Virus record (IMG/VR): IMGVR_UViG_3300037418_002116
Direction: 5' to 3' (one strand)
From: a virus
Lineage: Duplodnaviria > Caudoviricetes
Length of the DNA: 64,000 nucleotides
Each line of letters opens with the position of its first letter. Position 1 is the first letter of the stretch. This document shows positions 17,145 through 27,373 of this stretch, piece by piece. A program made the position numbers and the translations under genes. Under the pieces are notes generated by a model that did not search any database, was not told where the DNA came from, and saw only the letters and a program-made list of their open reading frames with translations.

Positions 17145-19074
17145 CTAATGGATTTTGTCATACCGAGTCCGGAAAGGTCGATTGAAGGAAGCTCCGCTTC
17201 CCCTGCCCATCAATAGATCATTTCGTGTCGGTCGCCAGCCTTCCGAGAATGTGCCATCAGCCCGATAGATTTGCAGTGGGATATATGGATGATAAACCTC
17301 AAAGCCGCTCTTGTATCGGATGAATGTTCCAATCAATCTGTCGTCCTTATCGAAATCCTGTCGTGAAGTCTCCACTTCAAAGATTTCGGCCATCGCCTCT
17401 AACAGTTCATCAACCCTATCAGTCATCATTCCCGCCAATCTTTGGAATAATAGAAATAATTAACGAAAAAGCCCAGATCGAAACGGACTGTCGATTTCCA
17501 GTTGTGCCATCGTTCATGTACCTGAACACGCTCTAGCCATGCATAACGCTGCTTGTCTTCCAAGAACACGGGACGCCACGCAAACCAATAGCGCCCTTTT
17601 TCGGTCCAGTCGAGTTTCCGGTACAGCCATGATTCGGTTAGCCAGTCGGAAAAGCTTGGGATACGGAATTGCATTATTTTCGTCCGATATAATGGCTATT
17701 GATTCGCTTGCGAGGCTTGGGCTTGTTCAAGCCATTCACATAATCAAAATGGCCATACCACGGGCGAGGATCACACAGTGAGACAGTGCGCCCGTTGCCG
17801 ATTCCAAAATAATTCATTCCCCAATGCCAGCGAGGAATTTTAGCTTTTTTCGCAGCCCATCGATGATGGCCAAACACGGCATAATTGTTCATCATCGTAT
17901 CCCCGAAAAAATCATGCAAGCCACGATGGCGAGGGGAAACCAGATATACCAGTAATCGAAGGATGCAAGGATCATGCGTAATTCCACCTTAGAATGCAAA
18001 AATATCCAGTCTAACTATAGGTCGAACGATTAATAATTGCAAGCATATCTTGTTTCTCACACAAACGGCATTGTGTCGTCTTGTCATACTCATTCGGGTT
18101 GCCGAGACGATGAAACAATGAACAATCGGTATCGCAGCGAAGCCGTTTGTTGTCAAAGATTTGGTTGTCGGGAAAGACCGAATTACGGTTCATTGGCGGT
18201 TTGTGTCGCCCTTGGCATATGATCCGGAAGGTTCGAATTGGATGCAATAGGCATTGTACAATCGCTTTGGATTGTCAGCCAATACTTGGAGAGCCGCAGC
18301 GTTACATGTTTCGGGATCATAGTAATAGTTTGGCATGATCGCTTCACCATGGGCAAACATAACGATGAGATAGAATACAGTGTTCATCTCAATAGTTCAA
18401 TATACTTTGTGATTTGCTTTTGCACATGACCAATATCTTTCTCTGCTTTGATAGAGAAATCATAACCCAAATCGTTCCGGTCATGGTCCGATATGCGGAG
18501 GACGAAATGCCTTCCACCAATTGGGAAATAGAAATAGTTTGAATTGGAAGTCTTGGCTTTTTCTTGGCGAAACTTAATGTTCTTGGATGCCAGAAACTTG
18601 GCCATGATAACGGAGAAAACTGCGATCATAATTTAAATCCATGGCCATTCATGGTGTGGAAATCATTGGGGATAAGCCTTCAACACCACGGCCATTCAAG
18701 CCGGAAGAAGGTCCAAGCCGAAGTGGCCAAATAGGTTTTGCCGTTCGACTCGTCACGATAGATTCCAACGGGTTCACCCGTCACCTTGTCCACAAACATG
18801 CAGCGATCAAGACAAGTCATGGGACGGCCAAAGATCGTCATGGGTTTGCCGAAAATTTTCATACCCAGAACGGACTCGTTAGAAAGGCAATGAGCGCATA
18901 GAGAGTGCAGAGCCCAACAAATGCCCAAACTCCCTTGGATGTCGAACGATATTTGTGTTCCACATAGGCAGGAAGCCAGAGCGTGAAACCAGCCACCGCT
19001 ACGAGTAACAAAGGCCATGAATGGACAAGGGCACTAAGTAAGTTCGCCCAAAGTGTCGAGAAATACCAAATCAT
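17145..19074 (-). other. run of small hypothetical ORFs (17145-17438, 17426-17674, 17674-17919, 18190-18387, 18384-18629, 18680-18862, 18859-19074)
   Basis: Co-oriented, tightly overlapping ORFs; no family recognised except 18190-18387 (two-Cys family, see findings). Confidence 0.6.
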
Positions 19075-19589
19075 GCAGTGACAACCGGAATGGTCAAGCC
19101 ATGGCCATGAGCAAATGACTCAAAGTTCCGCTTGATAGTTGCACCAAGGGTTTCCGGTGAATTCGGAGTGTGAGCATGTTTGTTATTGATCGCCGGATCA
19201 TCGTGACAATACTGCAAATCTTTTATGTTCTCCATGTTCAACTTTGAAAATAAAAGTTTCAATGCGTTAAACGAATCAATCTTTTTTTGGCTATCCAACC
19301 AAACGATTTCTCCCCGAAAAGACATCTCCCCGTCAAAGTGCCATTTCTTGGCTTCGGAACCCTCTATCAGCTTCGGTTTCCTAAGAACAGTGTCGATAGT
19401 TCCGATGTTCGGCATATGGTCGAGGATTTCTTGCGGGATAGCATGGCCAATGGCACAACGTTTTCCATCAGATGGACTCAGATAGACGCAATTGCCATTT
19501 TCCCAAGCCGGTTGCCAGTCCTGCTTTGCCATGCCGAGATAAGCAGCATTGAACACTTCCTGTAGGGATTCATAGGGTTTGATAGTCAT
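19071..19589 (-). CDS. paralog B3 (CAIGH...LQxxHD)
   Basis: YESLQEVFNAAYLGMAKQ...C.Y...DGKRCAIGH...LQYCHD...GLTIP. Confidence 0.85.
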   Translation of the reverse strand: MTIKPYESLQEVFNAAYLGMAKQDWQPAWENGNCVYLSPSDGKRCAIGHAIPQEILDHMPNIGTIDTVLRKPKLIEGSEAKKWHFDGEMSFRGEIVWLDSQKKIDSFNALKLLFSKLNMENIKDLQYCHDDPAINNKHAHTPNSPETLGATIKRNFESFAHGHGLTIPVVTA

Positions 19590-19608
19590 TCAGTCGCACC
19601 CGGAATGG

Positions 19609-19992
19609 TCAGAGGACTATCGGAATAGTCAGCCCAAATTTTTCGGCAAAGTGTTCCAATCGTTCCTTCATTGATTCCGGAGTAAAGCCATTGTCATGAA
19701 CGCCTTGCAGTAGCTTCAAAACATCCACTGAAACGTTTGCAAACAGAGCTTGCCAGTCGGAGTCAGCAACGATAGCAGCGCCTACAGAGGCGAAGCGAAC
19801 TTGATTCGTCACCAGTTCATCGGGAACACAATGGCCAATAGCGCATTTCATATCGCCGTTGCTACGATATGAACACGTCGTCCGGTCCCGGTTCGGATTG
19901 AATTGCATAGCCCGGTGAAAGCCTTGTGCAGCCAAACCACGATAGGCAACGTCGAAAACTTCCTGTAGGGATTCATATGGTCTAATGTTCAT
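19609..19992 (-). CDS. paralog B2
   Basis: YESLQEVFDVAYRGLAAQ...CSY...KCAIGHCVPDE...LQGVHD...GLTIP. Confidence 0.85.
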   Translation of the reverse strand: MNIRPYESLQEVFDVAYRGLAAQGFHRAMQFNPNRDRTTCSYRSNGDMKCAIGHCVPDELVTNQVRFASVGAAIVADSDWQALFANVSVDVLKLLQGVHDNGFTPESMKERLEHFAEKFGLTIPIVL

Positions 19993-20438
19993 GGAGTCGA
20001 CTCCAGTTCAGGAGTGGTCAGAGAACCATTCTCTTCCGGAATGGTCAGACCACGTTCAGCGGCGAAATTTCGCATGGCAGCTTCCACATCGAAAGTTTCT
20101 TTTTCATGGCCATAATACTTGTCATGGCAGTTCTGCAAATCTCGCAACTGATTCAAATCGACGTTAGCGAACAGTTCCCGCCATCGTGGTTCCTCAAAGA
20201 ACACACTTATAATCGCACCAACAACAAATCCCCCATTATCACCATGGATAATCAGTTCATCGGGGACACAGTGACCGATGGCACATTTCTTGCCATCCTT
20301 GTTCAGATACTCACAACCCAACCCATCTTGCGATGTGGCCCGTTCCCAATTCTGGCTTTTCATACCAAGCCAAGCCTTGTCGAAAACTTCCTGCAAATTT
20401 TTGTAAGGAACAATTTCAGTTTCGGTGTTCATTTTCAT
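19989..20438 (-). CDS. paralog B1
   Basis: YKNLQEVFDKAWLGMKSQ...CEY...KCAIGHCVPDE...LQNCHD...GLTIP. Confidence 0.85.
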   Translation of the reverse strand: MKMNTETEIVPYKNLQEVFDKAWLGMKSQNWERATSQDGLGCEYLNKDGKKCAIGHCVPDELIIHGDNGGFVVGAIISVFFEEPRWRELFANVDLNQLRDLQNCHDKYYGHEKETFDVEAAMRNFAAERGLTIPEENGSLTTPELESTP

Positions 20439-20661
20439 TTCCCTTCGGAATTTCCCATGTAGTTTCTGAATTCCCTTTCGGGAAACAATCGAGCAACACC
20501 CAAGCGTTGTAATGTCCGTCTAGGGAAGCCCTTTGAGTCAGTCGGATTGCATCCATAGCTTTGGTGCAAGATGATAGATCATTGAATTCGGCAGTTAGAG
20601 CCGGTGAACCAGCACCGCCATCAGCATGAGAGAACAACAGAAAGATGAGAACAAATTTCAT
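20416..20661 (-). CDS. small two-Cys protein with hydrophobic N-terminus
   Basis: MKFVLIFLLF...FNDLSSCTKA...LLDCFP. Confidence 0.7.
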   Translation of the reverse strand: MKFVLIFLLFSHADGGAGSPALTAEFNDLSSCTKAMDAIRLTQRASLDGHYNAWVLLDCFPKGNSETTWEIPKGNENEHRN

Positions 20662-21170
20662 TCTTTATCGATCTTCGAATCGATCTTCGAATCGATCTTA
20701 TAGAATGGTGTTCCCGGCCCGCCTTCGATCATCGCTTCAAGCAGAGTGCCGATTTCATGGGGTTTGATTGTCGAATCATCATTCAGAGCAGCGAGTGAAG
20801 AATAGTTTTCACCATTCCACAAAATCGAACCATTATAGTTGGTTCCATCATTTTCGAACATGCCGAGAGAGTCAGCGACATCCATTGGCAGGACCAGCCT
20901 TTCCTCCCCATAGTACCAATTGCCGTGTCTGTTTGTGGCTTCCACACCCAGAGCATCACACATATGCCCAAGGCAACAGCGACCGCCAACGGCATTTCTA
21001 AGCTTACCCTTGGCTTTTCTAAGCTCCGGATTTTTCAGATAGTCGATGACTTTCCGGCGATTCGCCATGATTTCATCATCAGAATGAGCCTTGCCAACCT
21101 CAAATTCATCAGTTGCCATTTTCAAAATGCCTTTTGCAAACTTATTGCGTGAAACTATGATTCCATGCAA
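20658..21170 (-). CDS. CxxG...ND paralog, subfamily C (3)
   Basis: VIDYLKNPELRKAKGKL...GGRCCLGHMCD...LAALNDD...HEIGTLLE. Confidence 0.75.
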   Translation of the reverse strand: MHGIIVSRNKFAKGILKMATDEFEVGKAHSDDEIMANRRKVIDYLKNPELRKAKGKLRNAVGGRCCLGHMCDALGVEATNRHGNWYYGEERLVLPMDVADSLGMFENDGTNYNGSILWNGENYSSLAALNDDSTIKPHEIGTLLEAMIEGGPGTPFYKIDSKIDSKIDKE

Positions 21171-21336
21171 AGATTCGTCATTGGACTAGGCGTCGAATGA
21201 TGGATTCTTGCATGATAGGTGTGAAAGTTGAAGTTTCTGTGCGAACTTTCGAATTTCCGAACTTTCTATAGGATGACAATGAGAATGTCAAGAGGGAAAC
21301 CACCATAGAATCGAATCTATCGAGGATTCCCGTTGG

Positions 21337-21738
21337 TCACTCGCTTGATATGATTCCCTCAGAATACTTTGCATCCGGATAGAATGTATATGAATAACAT
21401 CCTTCGGCATTGAAGGTCATAAACAGTGTTTTGCCAGTATATGGAACCTTATCTGTGCCAGTATATTTGTACAAATCAATGGCCGAGAAAGTATAATCGT
21501 GCCCATCGCTTAGATAACGACCTTGTAGAAGCATCAGTTCCGGTTTGGTCAAGCTTCTAATATAATGAAAATCGGGGTTATTGGCGATCTTTATGCGCAG
21601 TTCATCCGATTTGGTACAGGCAGCATCTTGGGCAACAGTGGTTTGACTCATTGCTCGGGCAGATAGTGTCATGAAAAGAAGGACGAGGAATGCGAGAAAA
21701 AGTGTAATGATTACAATGGCTTTGCCAGATCGAGACAT
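21337..21738 (-). CDS. predicted secreted or membrane-anchored protein
   Basis: From MSRSGKAIVIITLFLAFLVLLFMTLSARA: signal or TM segment followed by a soluble domain. Confidence 0.65.
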   Translation of the reverse strand: MSRSGKAIVIITLFLAFLVLLFMTLSARAMSQTTVAQDAACTKSDELRIKIANNPDFHYIRSLTKPELMLLQGRYLSDGHDYTFSAIDLYKYTGTDKVPYTGKTLFMTFNAEGCYSYTFYPDAKYSEGIISSE

Positions 21739-21961
21739 GAGAAACCTTGGTTGGTTAATGTGATTATGATGATTGTCCAGAGCGCCATCAGCACAATGAA
21801 TGCGATTTTGCGGCGAATAGACCATGGTCGAGAATACGACATATTATTGTGATTCATTGAGTTTATTCGTGGATTATTGCAAGGAAATCTTTGTTAATGC
21901 AAAAATGTTCCATTGAACAGACTCCTTGTTTTCGGGCATTTCGGAAAAATACCACGTAAAT

Positions 21962-22015
21962 ATAACCATCCGGTTATTATATAACTACCCGGTTATTATA
22001 TAACTCTATAGTTAT
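21962..22015. repeat. three tandem 16-bp palindromes ATAAC-N6-GTTAT at 19-bp period
   Basis: ATAACCATCCGGTTAT-TAT-ATAACTACCCGGTTAT-TAT-ATAACTCTATAGTTAT. Confidence 0.85.
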
Positions 22016-22242
22016 GGATCGACGGTATAGGCAGCACACCGCAGTTCTGTTTGTATATCTTCCACGATATACCGTTCCATCATCGGTTTCATGTGACCCA
22101 ATTCCGTCAAGCATTCTTTTTCCGTATCGAAATACATTCTTTCCGAGATAACGGACGTGCCCACAGAAGTGCCCATGGAAGTACCCGGAGTCCCTGTATA
22201 GATTGTAGCTATCAGAATAAAAATTGTAGATGGAACCATCAT
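22012..22242 (-). CDS. small two-Cys protein with hydrophobic N-terminus
   Basis: IFILIATI...YFDTEKECLTEL...LRCAAY. Confidence 0.7.
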   Translation of the reverse strand: MMVPSTIFILIATIYTGTPGTSMGTSVGTSVISERMYFDTEKECLTELGHMKPMMERYIVEDIQTELRCAAYTVDP

Positions 22243-22247
22243 TTTGC

Positions 22248-24817
22248 CTATAGTTTTCCGTATTCGATTGGAGGCAGTTTTTCTATTTCTTCGTCGCTGA
22301 ATTCGGATAGACCGGTGGACATATTTGTCCCGGTGGACATATCTTTCTCAATTTCTCCGAAAATTCTTCGAATTTCTTTAATGGAAAAGTACTTCCCTAT
22401 CTGGTGTTCCTTTATTCCAAAACCTTTATAGTATTCGATTTCATCGGGAGTTAATTCTGGAAAAGGTTCACAGTAATTTTCCGGATCGAATTCCTTGCAC
22501 CATTCACCATGAGCCTTAAATTCTTCGACTGTCGGTGGATGGCTTAGATAAGGTTCAACTGGTTTCAGGAGGTTAAAGTAACTCAAATCAAGGCATCCAT
22601 CGGAACCGATTATCCAAGCACTTTGGACTCCATCAGACCATGTTCGAATTTCAATGATTTGGCGTGAGCCATCATTTTTTGTTTCAGCCCACCAGTAACC
22701 ATTCTTTATTGTATTATTTTGCATTCAATTCCCTTTCTAATTGTTCACCAGTCATACACCGCATATTTCGAGGATCATCGAGGCATGAAGGAACGCCAGA
22801 CGGGACGCCATACGTTGTACATGAAGATAACATAATCATCACGACTACCCATAAAGTTGGGGATGCGAAGCATCCTTTTCCCATTCCCATTCCTTTTCCC
22901 ATTACTTTGTGTCCGAACTACTATCTTTGACATGAAGAAATGGCGGTATGTTTCTTCTATTGGTTTTCAGGTGTTCCAAGAGTTTTTCTTTTTTCTCCAA
23001 TTCATCCTTAACCCATTGTTCGGCCAATTCTTCGGACTCAAAAAACATTGGTCTATATGATGAGTTTGATTCCATCACGATTGACCAATAATAGCTAATC
23101 CGCTCATATCCCCGCATTGAATACCGTTCGAGTCCCCATCCCAATTCAGCACCGCCATTCTGTGCCGTTGGATAGATTCGATAGGTTCCAAGTGGAAACT
23201 CTGCTTTCGGACGATTTTCGGGGTTTTGTTGTTGTTCAGGAACCGGGATTGGTTCCCTTTGTGGTTTATATGGAGTGCCAAATAAAAATTCTAATATCGA
23301 CATCTATTTTCTCGTTGATTTTTGTATTTCTGATTTGATCATTTCGAATATGAAGTAAAAGAAAATTACTGGCCATATCAGAGACAATAGGATTGCATTT
23401 CTTTTCTCTGATGCCGACCGGTGAGGCGAGAATATACTTCCAAGAGAAAGCAGGAAATACACGGGTACGGCACCCATCGCCCAAAGGATTATGATTATGA
23501 AAATACTCATTCGAAGTTTATTCCTATTCTTTCAGGCTACGTTGGATATCTCTAAGGACGCCCAAGAGTTCGAACCACATGGCCCACATTCCCGTGTAGA
23601 TAGCCGTTTCCATATTGCCGTGATAGGCCGATATCAGGGACGACACCGCCAAGAGGGCAACAAAAATTGCCGTGATCAGTTTAAAGATTTTGACAGTATT
23701 ACTCATTTCACCTACTGTATTCTTCCAATGATTTGTTGATCATATTTCTCATTCGGATTAATTCGACGCACACATTTTGTGGACCATTCAATGCGCCAGT
23801 TCCGCAACCATCTGCCATATACTTTGTGATGGCTTCAATGGACTTTAGATGCATACGAATCAAATAATCGCAATGCGTTGGCGGTATTGCTTTTCTCTCA
23901 GTCATCGTCACCATCGTTTTCCGAATCGTCTATTGTTTCTAATGTATATGTGTATCGATGGCACACATAGTTCATCGCTTTGTAACGGGCGATGTGATCA
24001 CCGATTCCCGCCTGTGGACTCCAGTCGGTTTCAGGGATCACCACGGGACCAGATGTTGGAATGCCGTTCGGTGCAAGGCAAAGCCACACATAGGAATATG
24101 CTGGCAGCTTGTTCCGATTGGCCTTGCGGTATCTCTTGTTTTTGTTTTCGATATTCCGAGCCTTGTTGATATAGAAATCAGGATCATCGAACTTACAAGG
24201 TTCACCATTCTCTGTATCGCAAGAACAATTCGGCCATATGCAGTTTCCGAGATTACCCATTAATATATTCTTCCGATCTTGAAAGCATACAGACTTTTCC
24301 GACCGCCCGAAAAATAAACGGTCTTGTCGCCATTATCCTTAGTGTTGATGGCCCTTTGAATAAATGGAATAAATGGTTGCACTTTAATGTATTCAGTCGT
24401 TAGTTTGCCAGTATATCGAATTTGCACTTAACTGTCTGCCGATCTTAGCATCATATAGTTTGAAAAGACGAGGCGTGAGAACGTGTTTTTCGCCATTCTT
24501 CAAAGTATAGATCGATTTTTCAATGAATGGAATATATCTTGGGTCTTTAATCTTGGACATTGGTTCAGATATGACATGTTACGGGCGATAATGCGTCAGA
24601 TATGATGAGTTTCACCCGAGTTTCACCATGTGTCGTCATACTCCGTTCCCGGCTTCACCAAGAACGTTCCGCAGACCATGCATTTCGCCACCATTTCGGA
24701 CCCATAGGTTCCCTTCTGCCAATCGGCTTCTTCGATTTCGAGCTTGGATTCGCAACGGGAACATGTCATCAGAATTGGCTTGGCAAGAGACTTTGTGCCA
24801 CGTTCAAGCAGTTTCAT
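22248..24817 (-). other. run of hypothetical ORFs (22248-22724, 22714-22902 with lipobox-like LSSC, 22902-23303, 23304-23510 TM, 23524-23706 TM, 23708-23914, 23898-24260, 24623-24817 Zn-ribbon)
   Basis: Gap-free co-oriented ORFs from the ORF track. Confidence 0.6.
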
Positions 24818-25301
24818 TTTTCACGTCTGGAATAGTTAGATTGAACCACTTGGCGAATAACTCCAAATTTTCACGCATTTTTTCCGGTGAATCTTCTCTA
24901 AGAAAAACCGCCGTGTCATGACAATGCTGCAATTGTCGCAATGCTGAACGTGAAATATTTTCGAATAATTTCGTCCATCGAGGATCGCCAGTAAACCGAG
25001 CAACATCAGTGTCCAACATCACGAGCAATGTCTTACTGTTGTTTGCATCATTCACAAATTCGTCCGGTACACAGTGGCCAATGGCACATTTGCGATTGTT
25101 TACCTTGTCACGATACAGGCAGGAATTGGATGTAGTTGCCGAGCTACCATAGGAGCGAAGAAAACCTTGGCTGGCGAGCCCGATATAGGCTTTGTTGAAA
25201 ACTTCCTGTAGATTTTCATATGGGACAATGTAGTCCAATTCCTTGAGGTATTTCGGACCAATATTGTGCAGTACAAATTCAATTTCAGTTTCACTTACCA
25301 T
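24804..25301 (-). CDS. paralog B4
   Basis: YENLQEVFNKAYIGLASQ...CLY...RKCAIGHCVPDE...LQHCHD...NLTIP. Confidence 0.85.
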   Translation of the reverse strand: MVSETEIEFVLHNIGPKYLKELDYIVPYENLQEVFNKAYIGLASQGFLRSYGSSATTSNSCLYRDKVNNRKCAIGHCVPDEFVNDANNSKTLLVMLDTDVARFTGDPRWTKLFENISRSALRQLQHCHDTAVFLREDSPEKMRENLELFAKWFNLTIPDVKNETA

Positions 25302-27066
25302 CTTGCTTTTGCCTTTGCGTCTAATTCTTTTAATTGTTCTTGTTCTGAAACATCTATCAATTTGTCGCCAAGCACAAAGGAGACAAAGAAAAGACCCAGA
25401 ACAATCGGGATCAGCCCGAGAATGATTGGATGTTCGATCAAATATGGATAGCCGGTATCCAGTAAAAACATGATACTATGCCAAGACAATAGGCTGACAA
25501 ATGCCAAAGAAAGCACCATCAAAGCCAGAGCGAAGATCGTCAATGCAATGAAGATGAGCCCGAGAGAGATGCGATTGACTACAGCGTCAAAGGATAGGTT
25601 CTTGTTTTTATATTGCATTTCTTGCTTTCAATGGGTTTCGGGTTCATCGCCATCATCGTAATGGATTTTGCCATAATCAGCCGGAATCGAACGCTTGACG
25701 GCTTCATTGATAATCCTATCAATATCGAAATGCATTTCTGAAAAGTCTGAATTTCGAGCTTCTTTCCGCTCTTCTTCCAAGCGTTCATCCGTCAATGGAA
25801 CATAATACAATTCACCCGGATAGAACCATGGCCGTTTGAATTCTTGTTCTGGTGAGTCAAAAGACGTTAGTCGCTGGATGTATGGGGACAATCCATTGTC
25901 CGAAGGCCGTTCAATAGCCTCTCTTTGCCACACAGAAGGCCGCAGGAGACGTTTCCGAGTTGGTAGGACAGCACCAGCACCCAGAGCCCTAAAATGCCTC
26001 CAATTACCGCTATTCCTATCGTTGGAATAAGCAGGAGCAATGCCGTCACAACAGCACCCGCCGCAATGATGAGCAATCCAAGTCCGAGCCGAATGAAGAA
26101 AGCCAGATTGATTTCTGGTAAGTTCATTGTCGCAATTTCACCCGTTTTTCGTCTCTTCGTTGCGCTTCCATTTCCTTATGAAAACGACGCTTTTCCAGAT
26201 AAGCCAGCCCTACGATGATAGCGCCCGTTATGCCCACGAACCAAGCCATCAGTGTTTCGTTTCGTGTATGTGTGCCGGATAATCGAGCGGCGCATTGCGC
26301 TCAATCAATCTCTGTTCGATTTCCTTCGCCATTGCCGCACAGCGTTCGACATAGGCGTTTGTTCGCATGACATAGATTGCATGATCAATTTCGGCCCGTT
26401 TCTTGCCGAAATAGGAACCCGCCGCAAAGCCGATTGAACAACCTACACAAAGAAAGAGAAAGCTCATTTCGACTCCTTTTTGGGTTTACTGGAATAATCG
26501 ATTTTCAATTCGCTTGCGCCCATGGCGTCAAGTGTTGCATTGATATCGAGGATTCGTTCCTTGGTGATGTACAATTTTCCGGTCTTTCAGCATGTTCCCG
26601 CCGATAGTACTCAATCAGACAAATTTCCTTCGATGGCCAAGGCCCATTGAACAAACCAATGCCGTTGTCGAAATACCAATCGCCCGACTCCGTTCCCCGG
26701 ATCATGAGGATTTCGGTGTGCACGGCAGGCAGTTCGATTGCCTCGATTTCGCCTTCGTCATTCATCCGATGTGCCATCACATTTTAGCCCCTATTCGTGC
26801 GGAAATCCATCGTTGTAATTCTTTTCGGATTTGATCGCAGACGGCAGCGGCCTTGCCCACCAGCGGGAGTCGATCACCTTGACGGCACCGGTTATGAACA
26901 GAGCAAAAAACCCAAGCAGCGCACCCAGAATGATGACCAGAACAGCGGAACCATATGTCGCCGGTTTGGTCCAATGCCAGATTGACCAAATGCCAGCCAC
27001 GGCATGGGCAGCGAACAAGAGAATGTAAGGACCAATTCCGATCATAGAAATTTTTCTTCTATCCAA
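25295..27066 (-). other. run of hypothetical ORFs, several membrane proteins (25295-25618, 25628-25933, 25867-26127, 26249-26467, 26505-26780, 26791-27066)
   Basis: Co-oriented packing; hydrophobic segments in 25295, 25867 and 26791. Confidence 0.6.
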
Positions 27067-27356
27067 TTGGCGATGAATTGAAAATCTTTTCCGCCGTCAT
27101 TCAATTGAATTATATCACCAAGATCATAGTGATTGAAACCATAGAATTCAAGGTCGCTTGCGAATTTCGTATTCGACAATTCTTTTCTTTTGATCATTCT
27201 TGCCAGACCAACGGCACAGTAGCAGTTTTGCTTTTCGTCTGGATCAAAGAATTCAAATATGCCAAAGGTTTGTTTGTATTTGCCCGAGCGCAGAGCGTTC
27301 ACAAATTCCCTTTTGTGGCCTTTCCGTTCTTCATCTGTATATTGCTCTATTGACAT
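27042..27356 (-). CDS. CxxG...ND paralog, subfamily C (2)
   Basis: FVNALRSGKYKQTFG...YCAVGLA...IIQLNDGGKDFQFIANWIE. Confidence 0.8.
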   Translation of the reverse strand: MSIEQYTDEERKGHKREFVNALRSGKYKQTFGIFEFFDPDEKQNCYCAVGLARMIKRKELSNTKFASDLEFYGFNHYDLGDIIQLNDGGKDFQFIANWIEEKFL

Positions 27357-27373
27357 GTATTTACAGCCTTATG

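Noticed and set aside
20661-20700. ATCGATCTTCGA repeats (KIDSKIDSKID)
   Set aside because: Short in-frame slippage repeat at a protein C-terminus; no evidence of function.
21962-22015. CRISPR array
   Set aside because: Units are contiguous with 3-nt linkers, there are no unique spacers and no cas genes.
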